64,000 nucleotides of DNA from Takakia lepidozioides (lineage: Eukaryota > Plantae > Bryophyta): contig CM060733.1 in the NCBI GenBank assembly GCA_030704615.1, forward strand, positions 74,896,001-74,960,000, read 5' to 3'. The number at the start of each line of letters is the position of its first letter. Position 1 is the first letter of the stretch. The position numbers and the translations under genes are program-made. The notes under the pieces were generated by a model. That model was not told the DNA's origin and did no database searches. It saw only the letters and a program-made list of their open reading frames with translations. This document shows positions 24,406-37,100 of this stretch, piece by piece.

Positions 24406-26699
24406 GTTGCAGACTCCTCACCCCGCAAGCCTTCCATCGACCCTACACTCTTACAAAGGAGTGGTCGCCTGAGAGCCATGGTGTCGGAGGGGAACATACT
24501 ACCCGAGAGTCCTCTGACTCGGATAGTGAGAGCAGTGGAAGCATTCCAAGGAGGGACGCAAATTATATACCCACTAATGAGGATGTTGCGTCGGAAAGAA
24601 GTAGCGGAGAGACTACTCCAAAACGATCACGACTTGCATCTGCAACATTGGTTCCGTACCCTAAACCCTACCCTCATTTCCTACATGCTATTTAAGGTGA
24701 ATACTATGTAAGGCTTGTACCTTCTATGTTGGATTTGGGGTCTACTTTTAGAGTATTCATAGGTCCATCACATTGTTCAGGATGCAAATGGCAAGACATG
24801 CATTGTGAAAAAACAGCCTGGACCAGCCGCACTCGGAGGTGGACAACACAAGAAGCCCATCAAATTTTCATCTTTTACTTCTTCAGACGCTCACAAGTTT
24901 TGGGTTAGATTTTGAAACGCCTCCCTGAGAATTGTCGGTGACATCGTCGATCATCAGATTTTTTTAGTTCTCATTCTGAACACCGAAAATAGGGTGCGGT
25001 GGAACGACATGTGGTATCTTGGAGAGTCATGATTGCATAGCATGGGTGTGGGATCTTCCCTTGCCATAGTTGTTGTCAATTGTTGTAGTGGTTGAAATTG
25101 AATTATCCATATATGTGAGAGGTGCCTTGTACTGTTGCAGGCAAAGGCAAAAGGCAAAAGGCGTGGGTCTTCTTTGCATTAAAACAGAGCCAACAAACAA
25201 TGGCAGCCAACCTTGGTTTCTTCTCTTTCGGTCGGTTGTGCTGGTGCTTTCAGTCCTTGTTGCATTCAGATGGGTGTTTTTAATCGAAAATCTCTTTTAG
25301 GAAGGTGCATAGAGCACCTACCGTGATGTACGTGTGAAAAGAACTAGAGAAGTTCCTTGCATGGTTCGTTTTTGCTTTTCAGGTGCTTTCAGAACTGTTG
25401 TAAAGGCACTGGAATAGGGCAGCCATTCTACGTGTTTTTGCAAGTTACATTCACAGGGTGTAATTGTCATCAGAGGGCCCGTCAAGAAACCCTGGCTCCA
25501 ACCAGGGTTTCGTCTTTTTTGGACAGTTTTGAAGCCGCTAACAGACCCATCTGAATGCCAAGGGAATTGAGGTCGTTGACCGAGTCAATTCCAGGGGCAT
25601 TCAGATGGGTGTTTTTCTTTGAAATCCTCTTTGGGGAAGGTGCCTCATCACCTACCACTGTACCTTTGAAATGAATTGGAGAGGTTCCTTGCAGGGTTCT
25701 TTTTTGCTTAAGTCCCATTCTCAAGTGCTTTCAGCCCTGTCGTAAAGGCACAGGAACAGGGCTGTCATTCTCATTATTTTTGCAGGTTACGTCATTCAAA
25801 GTAAGAACAACCTTTAATTGTCATTAGAGATTGGTTTTGCAGTTGCTTTCAGACGGAACACACTAGACAGGATGGGAGTTGAATGTGCGCGTGCCAGCCT
25901 GCCGGTATGGTCGCCGGGGCCTGCCCTAGCCGGGACGCCCTTGGCGGGGCCCGCGGTCAAATCCCCACCCCCGTGCCCTCGTGCCGTGCTGTTATTCTAG
26001 CGACGACCGAAGGTCGGAAGCTAGTTTAGCGTAGAGCATGAATAGGGTGCCTTAGTGCCACGTCATCGTTGTCGTCAATTTCTTTGGAATCTACCCGGAC
26101 GGCCCGCCTGAAAATCCCCAAAGCGCCAAGTTGTTTTGGAATTGCCCGGACTGCCCGGTTCTTGAAGTTCTTGAACTGCAGGAGCTCTGCATTTTCCGCC
26201 ATCGTGCACCTTGCAAGCTCTCAACAGTCTCGCTGCTCAATGCAAACCTTGGCCTTCCCCTCATTCAATCAGCTTCGGTTTTCGTGCAAAGGCTCCGCAT
26301 ATCACATCATTTTGCTTGCTTAGGCTTGTGAACGTGTTTTGGTCGTGACAGCCACATCATCAATCATGATGGTAAGGTTGTTTGCTTTTGGGCCTTTTTC
26401 CAAGCATTGAATAGCTTCTGTGAGGCAGAGAAAGTTTGGGGTAAGGAATCAACAAGAAGTGATACATAGTATGCTGATCAGCATAATAATGTTTTTCTGA
26501 TGGAGTGAGATGTTTATGAAACTCAACAATGGTTGTCACAGATACATTCAAGGATAAAAAACTAACTGAGCATTTAGACGGGGAACTTTGAAGGCAGTGG
26601 AGATTACTGAAAGTACCAGAAGGAGAAAGAGGCTTAAATGTATACTGCAGACATGTCTTCCTTCAAAATATGACTTGCTAAAGAGTGTGTTTGAATTGG

Positions 26700-27005
26700 C
26701 AGTACGGGTGAGAGATCATGTCACCTCCCGTCTGATAGGGCACAATCAGGAGGTGTGTGGCCTCAAGTGGTCACCGTCAGGCCAACAGCTAGCAAGTGGA
26801 GGCAATGACAACTTGCTCTACATTTGGGATGCAGCTGTCACATCATCATCACCTGAGTCAGCAGTCTATCTACACAATGGTAGTCTCCGCTACTGCGGAT
26901 GAGACACTTTGCTTTTGGAAGGTATTTGGGATGGTACAACCTATCAAGAAGGTCTCCATGGGAGGAACTAGTGATCTGTCATTGCGAAGTATTAACATAA
27001 GATAG
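26700..27005 (+). pseudogene. CDC20: CDC20/fizzy WD40 gene fragment with an internal deletion
   Basis: VRVRDHVTSRLIGHNQEVCGLKWSPSGQQLASGGNDNLLYIWD joins directly to VVSATADETLCFWKVFG and a C-terminal IR tail (NIR*). Confidence 0.85.
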
Positions 27006-27241
27006 GAGCGCCAGCTGTGGACTACAAAAATCAGAGCTCCAACATAGCATGAAGCAAAACATTGATGCCTTGGGATAGGGGGTCAACACCTCAACAGAAT
27101 GCTGGTTTTAAAAGCATAATGAACATTTTCCGCCATCGTTCACCTTTCCGCCATATCCATGGAGCATTGCAACCTTGTGTAGAATAAGGCGAACATCAAA
27201 GGCTGGTGGTTGTCTAACTTTCTGTATTTATTACTCTTCAG

Positions 27242-27626
27242 GCAACACCAAGGTTGAGCGAGGACAAAGTAAAGCAATGTGTTGATCCCAAGCTGGAGGG
27301 TGACTATCCTCCGAAGGCAGTTGCCAAGGTAGGTTTTTGTGTCAACCTTTTGAGTTGCATTCTCATTGCAAGAGATTGCATAGTAGATGGTCTCTTCAGC
27401 AACTGGCTGGCTTATGGCAGCCCCTAGCTCCGTATTTAGGTTCTCTCAACAATTGGATAAAGGTTACCGATGCAAGTGTGGGTTGGAATGGCAGATGGCA
27501 GCAGTTGCAGCACTCTGTGTGCAGTACGAAGGGGACTTTCGCCCCAACATGAGTATCGTGATGACAGCCTTGCAACCGCTTCTAACCTCAAGGCCTGCAC
27601 CACAAACAGGACCATCGGCAAAATAA
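27242..27626 (+). pseudogene. PTI1: Last two exons of a PTI1-like kinase, intron retained
   Basis: Exon 27242-27328 encodes [34 protein letters not shown] intron follows. Exon 27495-27626 encodes [30 protein letters not shown]. No upstream kinase exons are visible. Confidence 0.85.
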
Positions 27627-29299
27627 CAAGTCTGTGTGATGTTATTAGATTCTTGATTTAGTGCTTGCATGGAGTCCACAAACCTTGGGTGCCTAGTCTG
27701 TGTTTGGCATTGAGGGTTTTATAATAAGGGGTGGTTTGCAAATGGCTTGAGGTCAGTGCTCAAACCACATCTGCACACAGACCTGCTGCATTTTGCCTTG
27801 CAATTGGCAAGTTTGGAAATGTTAATTTAAAGTTGTGGGTCTGCCCACATGAGTAAGCAAAGGGGATGTCTTGAGGAAGTTGGAAACTGGTTTGAACTGT
27901 ACTTAATGGTGGGATGATATGAGTGGAAGGGCTTGGTGTTTGACATGCGCCAAGTATCTTTGGATAGGCCAGGCTTGGTTCATCTCTGAACAGTGGCAAT
28001 GCATGCCTGTTGATGACTGCATGTATAACAGTTTGGGAGGCCAAGATTATTTATTGTTCTGGCTGCACCATGATTGGATAAAGAGGTTTCTGATTACGAA
28101 GCCTGCTCTTTGCCTGCCTGAGCATCTCTCTCAGTTTTGTGGGGGTGTGCCCACATATGTGAATTTGCAGGCATGCAGTCTAGTCACAAGACTCTGCATT
28201 GCGGTCTACTTGCAGAATTTGTGCCAGAGTATGTGCCTGATGTGACCTGTTGGTTCCCCCAGCAGCACGTAGATGAGATGAGTAGGGTCGAGGGGTATCG
28301 TAGGTGTCGTAGGCGTTATGGCCGGCGACGAGCAGGCCCACCCCCCTCCAGTTTCCTCAGGCGGTCCCCCTGATTGTGCCACCCCCCCCCCCCCCCCCCC
28401 CGTCTGTTTCTTTGCCTGATCCACCTCCGGTTGTACTTGATCCGGACGTTGTACCCCTGGCTGCACCTCCGACATTACATTGGTTTAGAGGATTTCGGAG
28501 CTCGGGGGATTTGGGAGCTACTACTGCAAAACAACTTTGTATTATTGCATTTATTTCATTCATCCATGTCTCATTCATCATACAGACATTCATCCTTCAT
28601 TCATCCCAGCATCATCCATAACTGAGCCTGTAATACTGGCCACTCTGCGCAGTAATAGGTCTTCTAAGTCGAGTAGGCGTCCGCGGTTATAGGTGGGCAG
28701 ATCCTGAAGCGTGAGCAGATTTCTGCTCACGGAATTTTCTGCTCCCGGGATCTGCTCACAGAATAGCATCCCCCCATTTGACTCATAGTCAACCGATGAT
28801 CTCCGTGCCAAGTTGTGGATCCCACCTGGGCCTCCTCATTTTAAGACTCCCGGATTGTGGACACATGGATTGTGTAATTTCATCACAAGATAATCTCAAG
28901 ATTGAGTCTGGATATGTAATTCTTACAATCACTGATTTCGGACCCTGTTTCGAAGTCCCACCTTGTGAGGAATGTTAATCCATGACCGTCTCTCCATCTC
29001 CCTTTCTGTCTATACACTAGACCCTTATTCCATTCAATGTCTTAACCCTAAATCCCAAAACCCTTACCTGTCCACGTCCGCACTCATCTCACTTCACAAA
29101 AACATCCATTTTTTTATCCACTTTTTGACGTGCTAAGGTTCGTTCGGACCTTAGGCCAAAGTATCGCACTTTTGCAAAATTTCTCTCAAATCTCCTTCAT
29201 CTAGATTCATACATTTTATCGATTACAGAAACGTCATCCATTCACTTCTCATCCATCCAGTTATAATTCATCCAATTATCATCCATTCATCCATTACAT

Positions 29300-30640
29300 T
29301 CTTGAATCTCAGGAAGTCCTGGCCTCACTGTCATCCAAATTTTCTCGTGCATTGGTTTTCAGACCAACCTCCTCGGCCAGCTTAGAGTCTCTGCTCATAA
29401 AAGAAAGTCCACTTTGTTTCACATAAGGGTATTTGATGGTAAGGGCAACATAAACCTAGGCCCCCCGCAAGGTAATGAACTGGAATGGGCAAAGCAGACA
29501 AACCTTACATGGTTCCTCAGGCATCCCCTAGCCAGTCTGCAATTCGATCCAGGGGAGTGGAAATGGATGGACCCGCCTCATCCCCCCTTCTTTGCATACT
29601 TAGTGAAGCTTGGTTATTCACTCTTATCGCCTCCCCAATTCTTTTCTATAAAATGGCAAAAAAAGTGGGCTCATTTTGGGCTTCCTAATGAAGCCTGGGG
29701 GAATATTTGGAAGGATAATCGGCGGAAGGATAGATGCTCAAAAGTCTCAGCTTTCCTATGGAGAGTTGCTCGCAAAGTCTTGCCTATTGCTTTGATCACG
29801 GGCCACAATGATGCCCCCTGCTCTTTATGTGTTGGCAATATGGAATCTTTAGAGCACTGCCTCTATCTATGTCCTAGAATGGGTAGGGTCTGGCACCATG
29901 TCTTTCAATTTTATTCCAATTGGAGGGCTCTGCCATTGTTCCCAAGTTCTATGCAGCCCTCACTGAACTATCTTCCGTCCTGCCTATGATCAAATGTCAA
30001 GTTTGGGCATATTTAAGAGCTCACTCCTTATGGAATGTTTGGAAAACAAGATGTTTCTGGATTCACGAGGAAAAACCCCCAGCATCAGCTCCATTCTATA
30101 CTGCATTTGTAGGCGTAAATCATGGCTTTCTTTATGTGCAATTCTTCCCAGAGCTTCAGATCAACGCAAGAGGCAGCTCTACCAGGATTTCGATCTCTCC
30201 TTGGGCAAGGGCGACCTACTCGGCTTACGTATTTCCGACATAAGTTTCAACTGGAATGATGCCATCCCCACGCAATGGGAAGTCCCCTGGTGAAGGCGAG
30301 GAGGGTGACTTCAATTGGAGGCACAGGCGGGCAAGAGACAACAAATTGAAAATGCAGCTTAAGTTCTTAGGATGTGATTTAGCTGCTTGCAATCTGTTGT
30401 GCCTTACTTCTCAGCTGTGGCTTCTCCATCTTCTTTTCGGATCTTTCATCAGTCCCCCCTGCACTATTTTTCCTGTCCCGTTCTCCCCGCAAAAAGCCTT
30501 CACGGCCTCTTAGATGGTTATTTTTCCCATCCCTTATGAGACACTTTTCTACGTTGTAATTCTCGGACATTTGGGTCCTTTATCTATAAAATTTTGAGGC
30601 TTCTATCCCTCTTCCATTGTTTTAAAAATTAAAAAAAAAC
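29300..30640 (+). mobile_element. 5'-truncated L1-like LINE (zf-RVT region and putative A-tail)
   Basis: WGNIWK..SKVSAFLWRVARKVLP..CSLCVGNMESLEHCLYLCPRMGRVW, then LWNVWKTRC in the next frame. A-rich run at ~30623-30639. Confidence 0.75.
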
Positions 30641-31102
30641 TTGCAAAGTGAACATGAGGTTATATCTGTCAACACATTGTGTTCTCTTGTTGTGCTCAAC
30701 AAACATTAAGGTGTTTCTGACCATGCAGTTGTAACAATAACATACATCAAGACTGAAAACAAGGAGTACATGAACCGCATGAATGATGTACCCACCAGTA
30801 AGAGGACAGAAGCACAAGGGTGGTGTATTGGGGACATGGATGGCAGTATTGGGCGGGGTGGTGGGGTCACGTTCTGGGCCCACGCAGCGGCCTGCTTGCG
30901 CAAGGGCTGCTGCAGCAGGAGGAGGAAAGGTGGTGCGTGCCAGGGTTAGGCTTTTCACTTCGCGGTCATCTCTCATGCTAGATTGGATCCCTTACCACAT
31001 TGGGGGGCGAAGGCACACTTGCTGTTGCAGATTACATGGAACGCTTGAAGTATTTGAAGGGCGTAACTATGCTCTGGGGGAGCTCGGAGGAGGGATGGTG
31101 GG

Positions 31103-34100
31103 ATGGTGCAGAGAGATTTTTCGCCGTATAGGCAGGGGGGCATGGAAGGCACGGCTGGCGGACAGTTAGTTTCACAGCTGCTGTCGTCTGCCCCGCAGCA
31201 GCTCATGGATGAGTTTGCTAGGGTTCACGACGGGGAGGCGCAACCGGCAGCTGCAGAAAGGGGGTGGGGAGAGGCCGGGGGGATTGCTTACCTCACCCAT
31301 AGCCTCTATCTTTGCGACTTGCGGCACGATGCCGGCGAGCCAATGAGTTTGTTGGGGCCTATAGAGACTGGTGTTGTCTCAAAGTGGAGGATGAAGGACC
31401 GAGTAAGTATCCCCGAGTGCATTTTGATTGGTTTAAGTTCGTAGCCGGGGAAAGGTTTTGGCTATGCGGGTCCTAGGAAGTAAATGTCTAAGCAGAATGG
31501 CTACTGCGAGGATGACTCGGGGAATGGCAGGCGTCCGACCTGGTTCTATGTCTCTGTTTGCGCTACCTACGGGTGATCCAGAATCGCTCTCCTTGTAGCT
31601 TTAATTTCGGCTCACTGTTTGTCTTTGTTCATCTGACGTGGAGACACTCAGACGAAATAAAGGCTCTTTTCGGCAAGGCTCCGTTACCTTTGTCTCATAG
31701 TTGTTGACGTTCAATTGAGCTTTGGTTATGGTGTTATGGGACTGTGTGGCTGTAGTGGTACTAAGCCCTGCTCTGGCGATGTCCTCAGAAGGTTTTTTTT
31801 TTTCCCCCATCTCCTTTCGCAAGTACTTGCCACTGCAATTTGACTGGTCCTGTCACCAACCCTGGTTTAGCTGGTGATGAATGCTGCTGTCAGTTCCTGT
31901 CAGGTGGAGTGGCAACTGGGGACTAGGTGTGGGGAGGGAAGGGAGAATCGAGAAGTCTGAAAGTTGCATTTGGAATTTTGGCAGATGAAAACAGGGTGTG
32001 TGGCACTGGTTCTGTGTTTGAACATTGGCGTAGATCCACCCGATGTTATCAAGATATCACCATGTGCCCGCATGGAATGTTGGATAGGTTCATCTCTCTG
32101 ACCTTGAATCTTGTTCATTTCTTTGAACTGATGGACTTGTTGGATACAGAAGAAGTATGATCTTTACCCAGTTGAGTACTTGTAGTCGCATGTAGACCTA
32201 TTGACTTTCCCAGGGATTACTGCCATGCCTTCCAGCTCCTATTGTTACTGGATTTTAGGCCTTTGATATGCTAGGAGGATAATATTCACTTCCTACATCA
32301 ACTCTTCACAGACTTGTTAGTTTGTGACACTTCCACCATTGAACATATTTTGGAGGGGAAAATTCCTGTCCTTTTTTAGGGTGGTCCTCTTTGGAGGAGG
32401 GGCTCATGATGATGCTTGGGTGGTGACTACGAAATCAATTGTGTTAACTTGCTATTTGCAGCATAGAACCTTAGGTCTAAAATGGGTTAGAACGTTTGTA
32501 CTGACTGGTATTTTTCCTCCTGTTCAGATCCATTCTCCATGGCATCCCAGAAAGCACTGGATGCAATTGGGAAAAGTCTACAAACTCAGTACGAGCGATG
32601 GCAGCCAAGGGTAGGTAATGCTGACATGTCAGTCCATCTCTTGTGTCTCTCTGTCAGGTGTTTCGCTTCTGACCAAGGATTTCACTTATTACGCACGATC
32701 AAATAGAATATAAAAAACAAAAGACCTAGTCTGTATCCACCAACAGTGGCTTGAAGTGGGCCTATGCAGACTTGTCAACTTCAATAAGTGGTGGTAAAGG
32801 TATCCCTGTCCACAACACCTATGGAAGTCCACTGGAACTCAACTCTTTTTTCAATTCCTGTAACAAGGGGTCGTTATTACTGGTAGGAAAGGCCCCTGCG
32901 ACCCAGAACATGTGATTTGTAGTCGCCTTAATCTCTTATCATGTGTTCGTCTTGCTTTTGTGTTCTGAAAATTTGGGATGTGTGGTGGCACTCTCTGTAT
33001 AGGCACGTTACAAGCTGCAGCTTGATCCAACCGTTGAGGAAGTCAAGAAACTGTGTTTACATTGTCGTAAGAGCGCGAAAAGTGAACGAGTTCTGTTTCA
33101 TTACAATGGGCATGGTGTACCAAAACCCACAATCAATGGAGAGATATGGCTTTTCAACAGGGTAATCAGATACCTTTCATCAGTGTGAAGGTTTTTGAAC
33201 TCTGTGCATGCTCTTTAATCACAATGTTTTGCATAGGAGCATGAAGGGATGAGCATCTGGGTCAGCACTTCCACATTAGACCACTTGTTTGTAGTTTCAG
33301 TCATGGGAACAATGCTGACGGGTTATGTAATTTGAATGTCAGATCTAATTCTCTGGGAAAGTGGAGTTTGAGTTAAGTGACGAACCTGATTGGGTGTTCA
33401 GCGTTGAGTTGTGGTGTAGTTTAGGTGTAAAATGTAGCTTCCAAAGTGAAGAGTGGGAGAAGGGTGAAAGTGAAATTTGCACTGGGGTAACTGTGGGGTA
33501 GCTCATGCATGTGCAGAGCTACACTCAGTATATCCCACTATCTGTGTATGAATTGGAGTCATGGCTTGGAAACCCCTCCATCTATGTGTTTGATTGCTCT
33601 GCAGCAGGCATGATTGTCAATGCGTTTTATGAGGTAACCCCTCTTTACTTCTAACCCTGGTTTTGCTGCACCTTTTATTGGCACCTGAATTCAGATAGCA
33701 CCACTCTTCCCCAGGGTTCAGCCTATGCAATGTGCTTTTGCTAAAACTGGGCTGATTGGTACACTTAATGTTTGCACTCAGCCAGTCAAGAGTGCTCTTA
33801 GATGTTGCAAGCTTGACTAGACTGTCATTGTCATAATTGGCTGTTGCGACCTGCCATGGCACACCGTGTTACTGCATCTACTAGGATTCGTGCCCCACAG
33901 CAGATGGCAGTTACCATCGAGGCACTATGTTAGGAGTATTGAAGGAGTTAAAAGCATGTGTTGGAAATATGAAACAGTTTTACATGAATTTAAGGTATCT
34001 TCCGGACATTAAGAGCATTGACTGTGAACCCCCCGGTGCCAATTATGTACAAAGATCAATTTGATCAAGACACTCTTTCTTGACCACTCTATACTCGGAT

Positions 34101-37100
34101 ATACTTGTGTGGGCTTGGACAGCGGCCCGAATGGGGTCCCAGTGGTGCAGCGACTCCTGCCACCAGAGACTGCATTTTGTTAGCCGCTTGTGCTGCGCAA
34201 GAAATCCTTCCACAAAATGCAGAGCTACCAGCTGATGTTTTTACATCCTGTCTTACGACTCCAATTAAGATTGCCTTAAGATGGTATATTCCCTTTTCCT
34301 CGAACAAATAGCCAGTGTGGAACTGGAATTCTCTCTGAGTGTAACTTTATTTTCCAGTTGAAGGGGACAGTTTATGTGGGTGCTTGTTATCTCTTATACC
34401 CTTGGAGATGAGTAGGTCCTCCAAGTAGATTGGTGCCTCTTGTGATGTATTATTCATGCTGCGTAGCTTCAGTCTCCAGTGTGGTTCATTCATTCTTGTG
34501 GAAGGTGTGCCGGGGTAGGTCGAATCTTTGTGTCAGCCCGTTTTGTTGTAGGCTAGAACTGAGGCCATTAGCCCCTGGGATGCTGCAGGATGGCAACCGA
34601 GCAGAACTCCTCGAATGAAGTCTTCGAGAACTAAATTTGTTCATATTCCTGTCAATTTTGGATGGTTGCAGGTTCTGTCCACTGTCTCTGCTGCCTCTAG
34701 ATTCAGACCTCATTGACAAAATTCCTGGACGACAAACCGATCGGAAAACACCGCTTGGGGAACTAAATTGGATATTTACAGCGATCACTGATACAATTGC
34801 ATGGAATGTGCTTCCCCGTGGTGAGTAGACAATGAGTAGGAAGCCATTATGCTGTGATTTTTTTGTTCATTGCCTTTGGCTGTCAACAGGTTGGGGGAGG
34901 TGGCCTGTGCCTGACCTGCTTGCTATATGTTATGGAGCCTGTACTGATTCTGAAGCAGACTTTTCAAATAGTGCAGTAGATTGATGTTTTAGGTTAGCTT
35001 TATGTTCATGACTGATGAAGTTTTTTCAACGAGCCCTGTGGGCAATTTTCTTGTCTGTTGTTTGAAATAGCGAGTTCACGTCTGTGGCCGTCTTTCTGGA
35101 AGAAATACATGCAGCGAGCATATTCTTCCTAGACCTGGCTTTGACTATGGTTCATGTAGATATATTGTAGTCAGGGGTGGAGAGTCCTTGCAGCTACTCA
35201 CAAATATTCAAGAAATGAAGTCAAATTGTCGTTTCTGTTTTCTCTGAGATCCAAAGCTTGCAGCCTTTAAGAACCCTTTTTGCAGTTAACTTTGTCAACC
35301 ATTCAAGCAATAGAAAATGTTTAGGAGCTTCTTTGTGCCTTAAATAAGGGGCCCATGTCTCATATGTTTCGTTACTTTTTGCATTTAAGTCTGGCCTAAC
35401 TCTACACATACATCAATAAGGGTGCACATATTAGAAGGCTGGTACCCTGTAGTTCACAACGGGTGGACTTGTCCTGGTGAATTGGGAGCCTGGGGAGCTA
35501 CAGAGTTCAGGTCAAATGTGGCCCTGGATAGTAGGGGCTACCTAATTTAAATGTTCCAGTAACTCTGTAAATCTAAATCTGGTGCCTGCATATTAGAGCT
35601 GTCTGGGCTCTTAGCTTTCAAAGCATGTAGGAATGATGCATTGTGGATGGTGCAGAGTTGTTTCAGCGCTTGTTTCGGCAAGATCTACTTGTTGCCAGCT
35701 TGTTTCGCAACTTCTTGTTGGCAGAGCGCATCATGAGATCCGCCAATTGCTCTCCGCAGTCATATCCTCGCTTACCCCCCACACATCAGCATCCCATGTG
35801 GTATGTGTCTGGCGCCCTATCTTTCTTTCCCTTCTTCTTTTGCAGGTATAATAATTATAATTGGATGTGTTGGTATGTTAGTGATGTTCCCCATGTATGT
35901 ATTCTCCTCCTGGGGACTTCTGTCTTTCAGTTTTCTCTAATCAATGTATAGTCACATGTCAACTGTGTGTGTGAGCTTCGAGAAAGTTGTCTCACTTATA
36001 TCCCGAGATTGATGCTACACCTAGTGTCCTAGAGGAGGATGAGGATGCACTAATCTACTCTCCTGTTTGCTATCCTTGGCTAGCTGCATATGGATTTGGT
36101 TTTCTCCTTTACCCCGATTTCTATTTGTTGCTTGCATGCATCTGATGTTATTGCTGTTTATCTCTGGTTTCAGGTCAGCACTACTCTGTCATGGCCAGAG
36201 TTAGTATGTATGATTATGAGTATTCCAAAAGATGGTTATTCGGAGAAAAGTTTTTTGACATCCATGGATGTGTGTATGAGGAGTGTTGACTTCAACACCA
36301 GACGTTTAGAGATGATTAGAAGTGATTGTCACTAAAACTGCCTCTGGAGGGAGTGAGAGAAAAATTGAGAGATATAGAGGAGATCAATGATCTATTTCAT
36401 AGAATGGTTGCTGGTACAGGCACGCGTGGGACATGGCAGCAGAGATTTGTCTTTCACAGCTCCCAGCATTGCTGAACGACCCGAATGGAGAATTCCAAGT
36501 AATTATCACACTTGCTACGAGTTTTTTGTCAGCAAATCTGACTGTTAAGTTTTGGGGATCTGGTGACAAGGCTCATATATCTGGTGAGTGTTTCCTAGAG
36601 TTTCCCTGCTGCAACTGCTGGGGAAGCATTTGTATAAAAAACTCCTCCTACCCGGACAACCAATCATTTCAAATTTTAAGGAAACACTGTCTGGGACTTG
36701 AGAGGGTGCACCTCAAGTGAATTTCGTGTTATCTCTGGTTGAGATTATGGTACGATGAATGAGAATGTATTCATCTACCATCCCCTGTAGCATTTCTTAC
36801 AAGGGCTTACTCTCAGTGGCATTCATATGTTCCTTCAGTGATTGCCGGTATATGTTGTATGAAGATGGAGTTCCACATGCAGCTATGCTGCTAAGTAAGG
36901 TCCTCATAGCTGAAGGCTTGTGCTATTGCAATGAATCAAAAGTTGCCATATCTGCTCCGGATTTCGGATTAGGCAGGGAATCAGAAGAGAAATTCTGGTC
37001 CCTCTTGACTTAGTGGTTGAAAGAGCGTCAAACTGTGGCAACATGCCTTGAAATGACATATAGCATGCACGAACATAAAGGAAAGTAGTGGCTCCCATCA

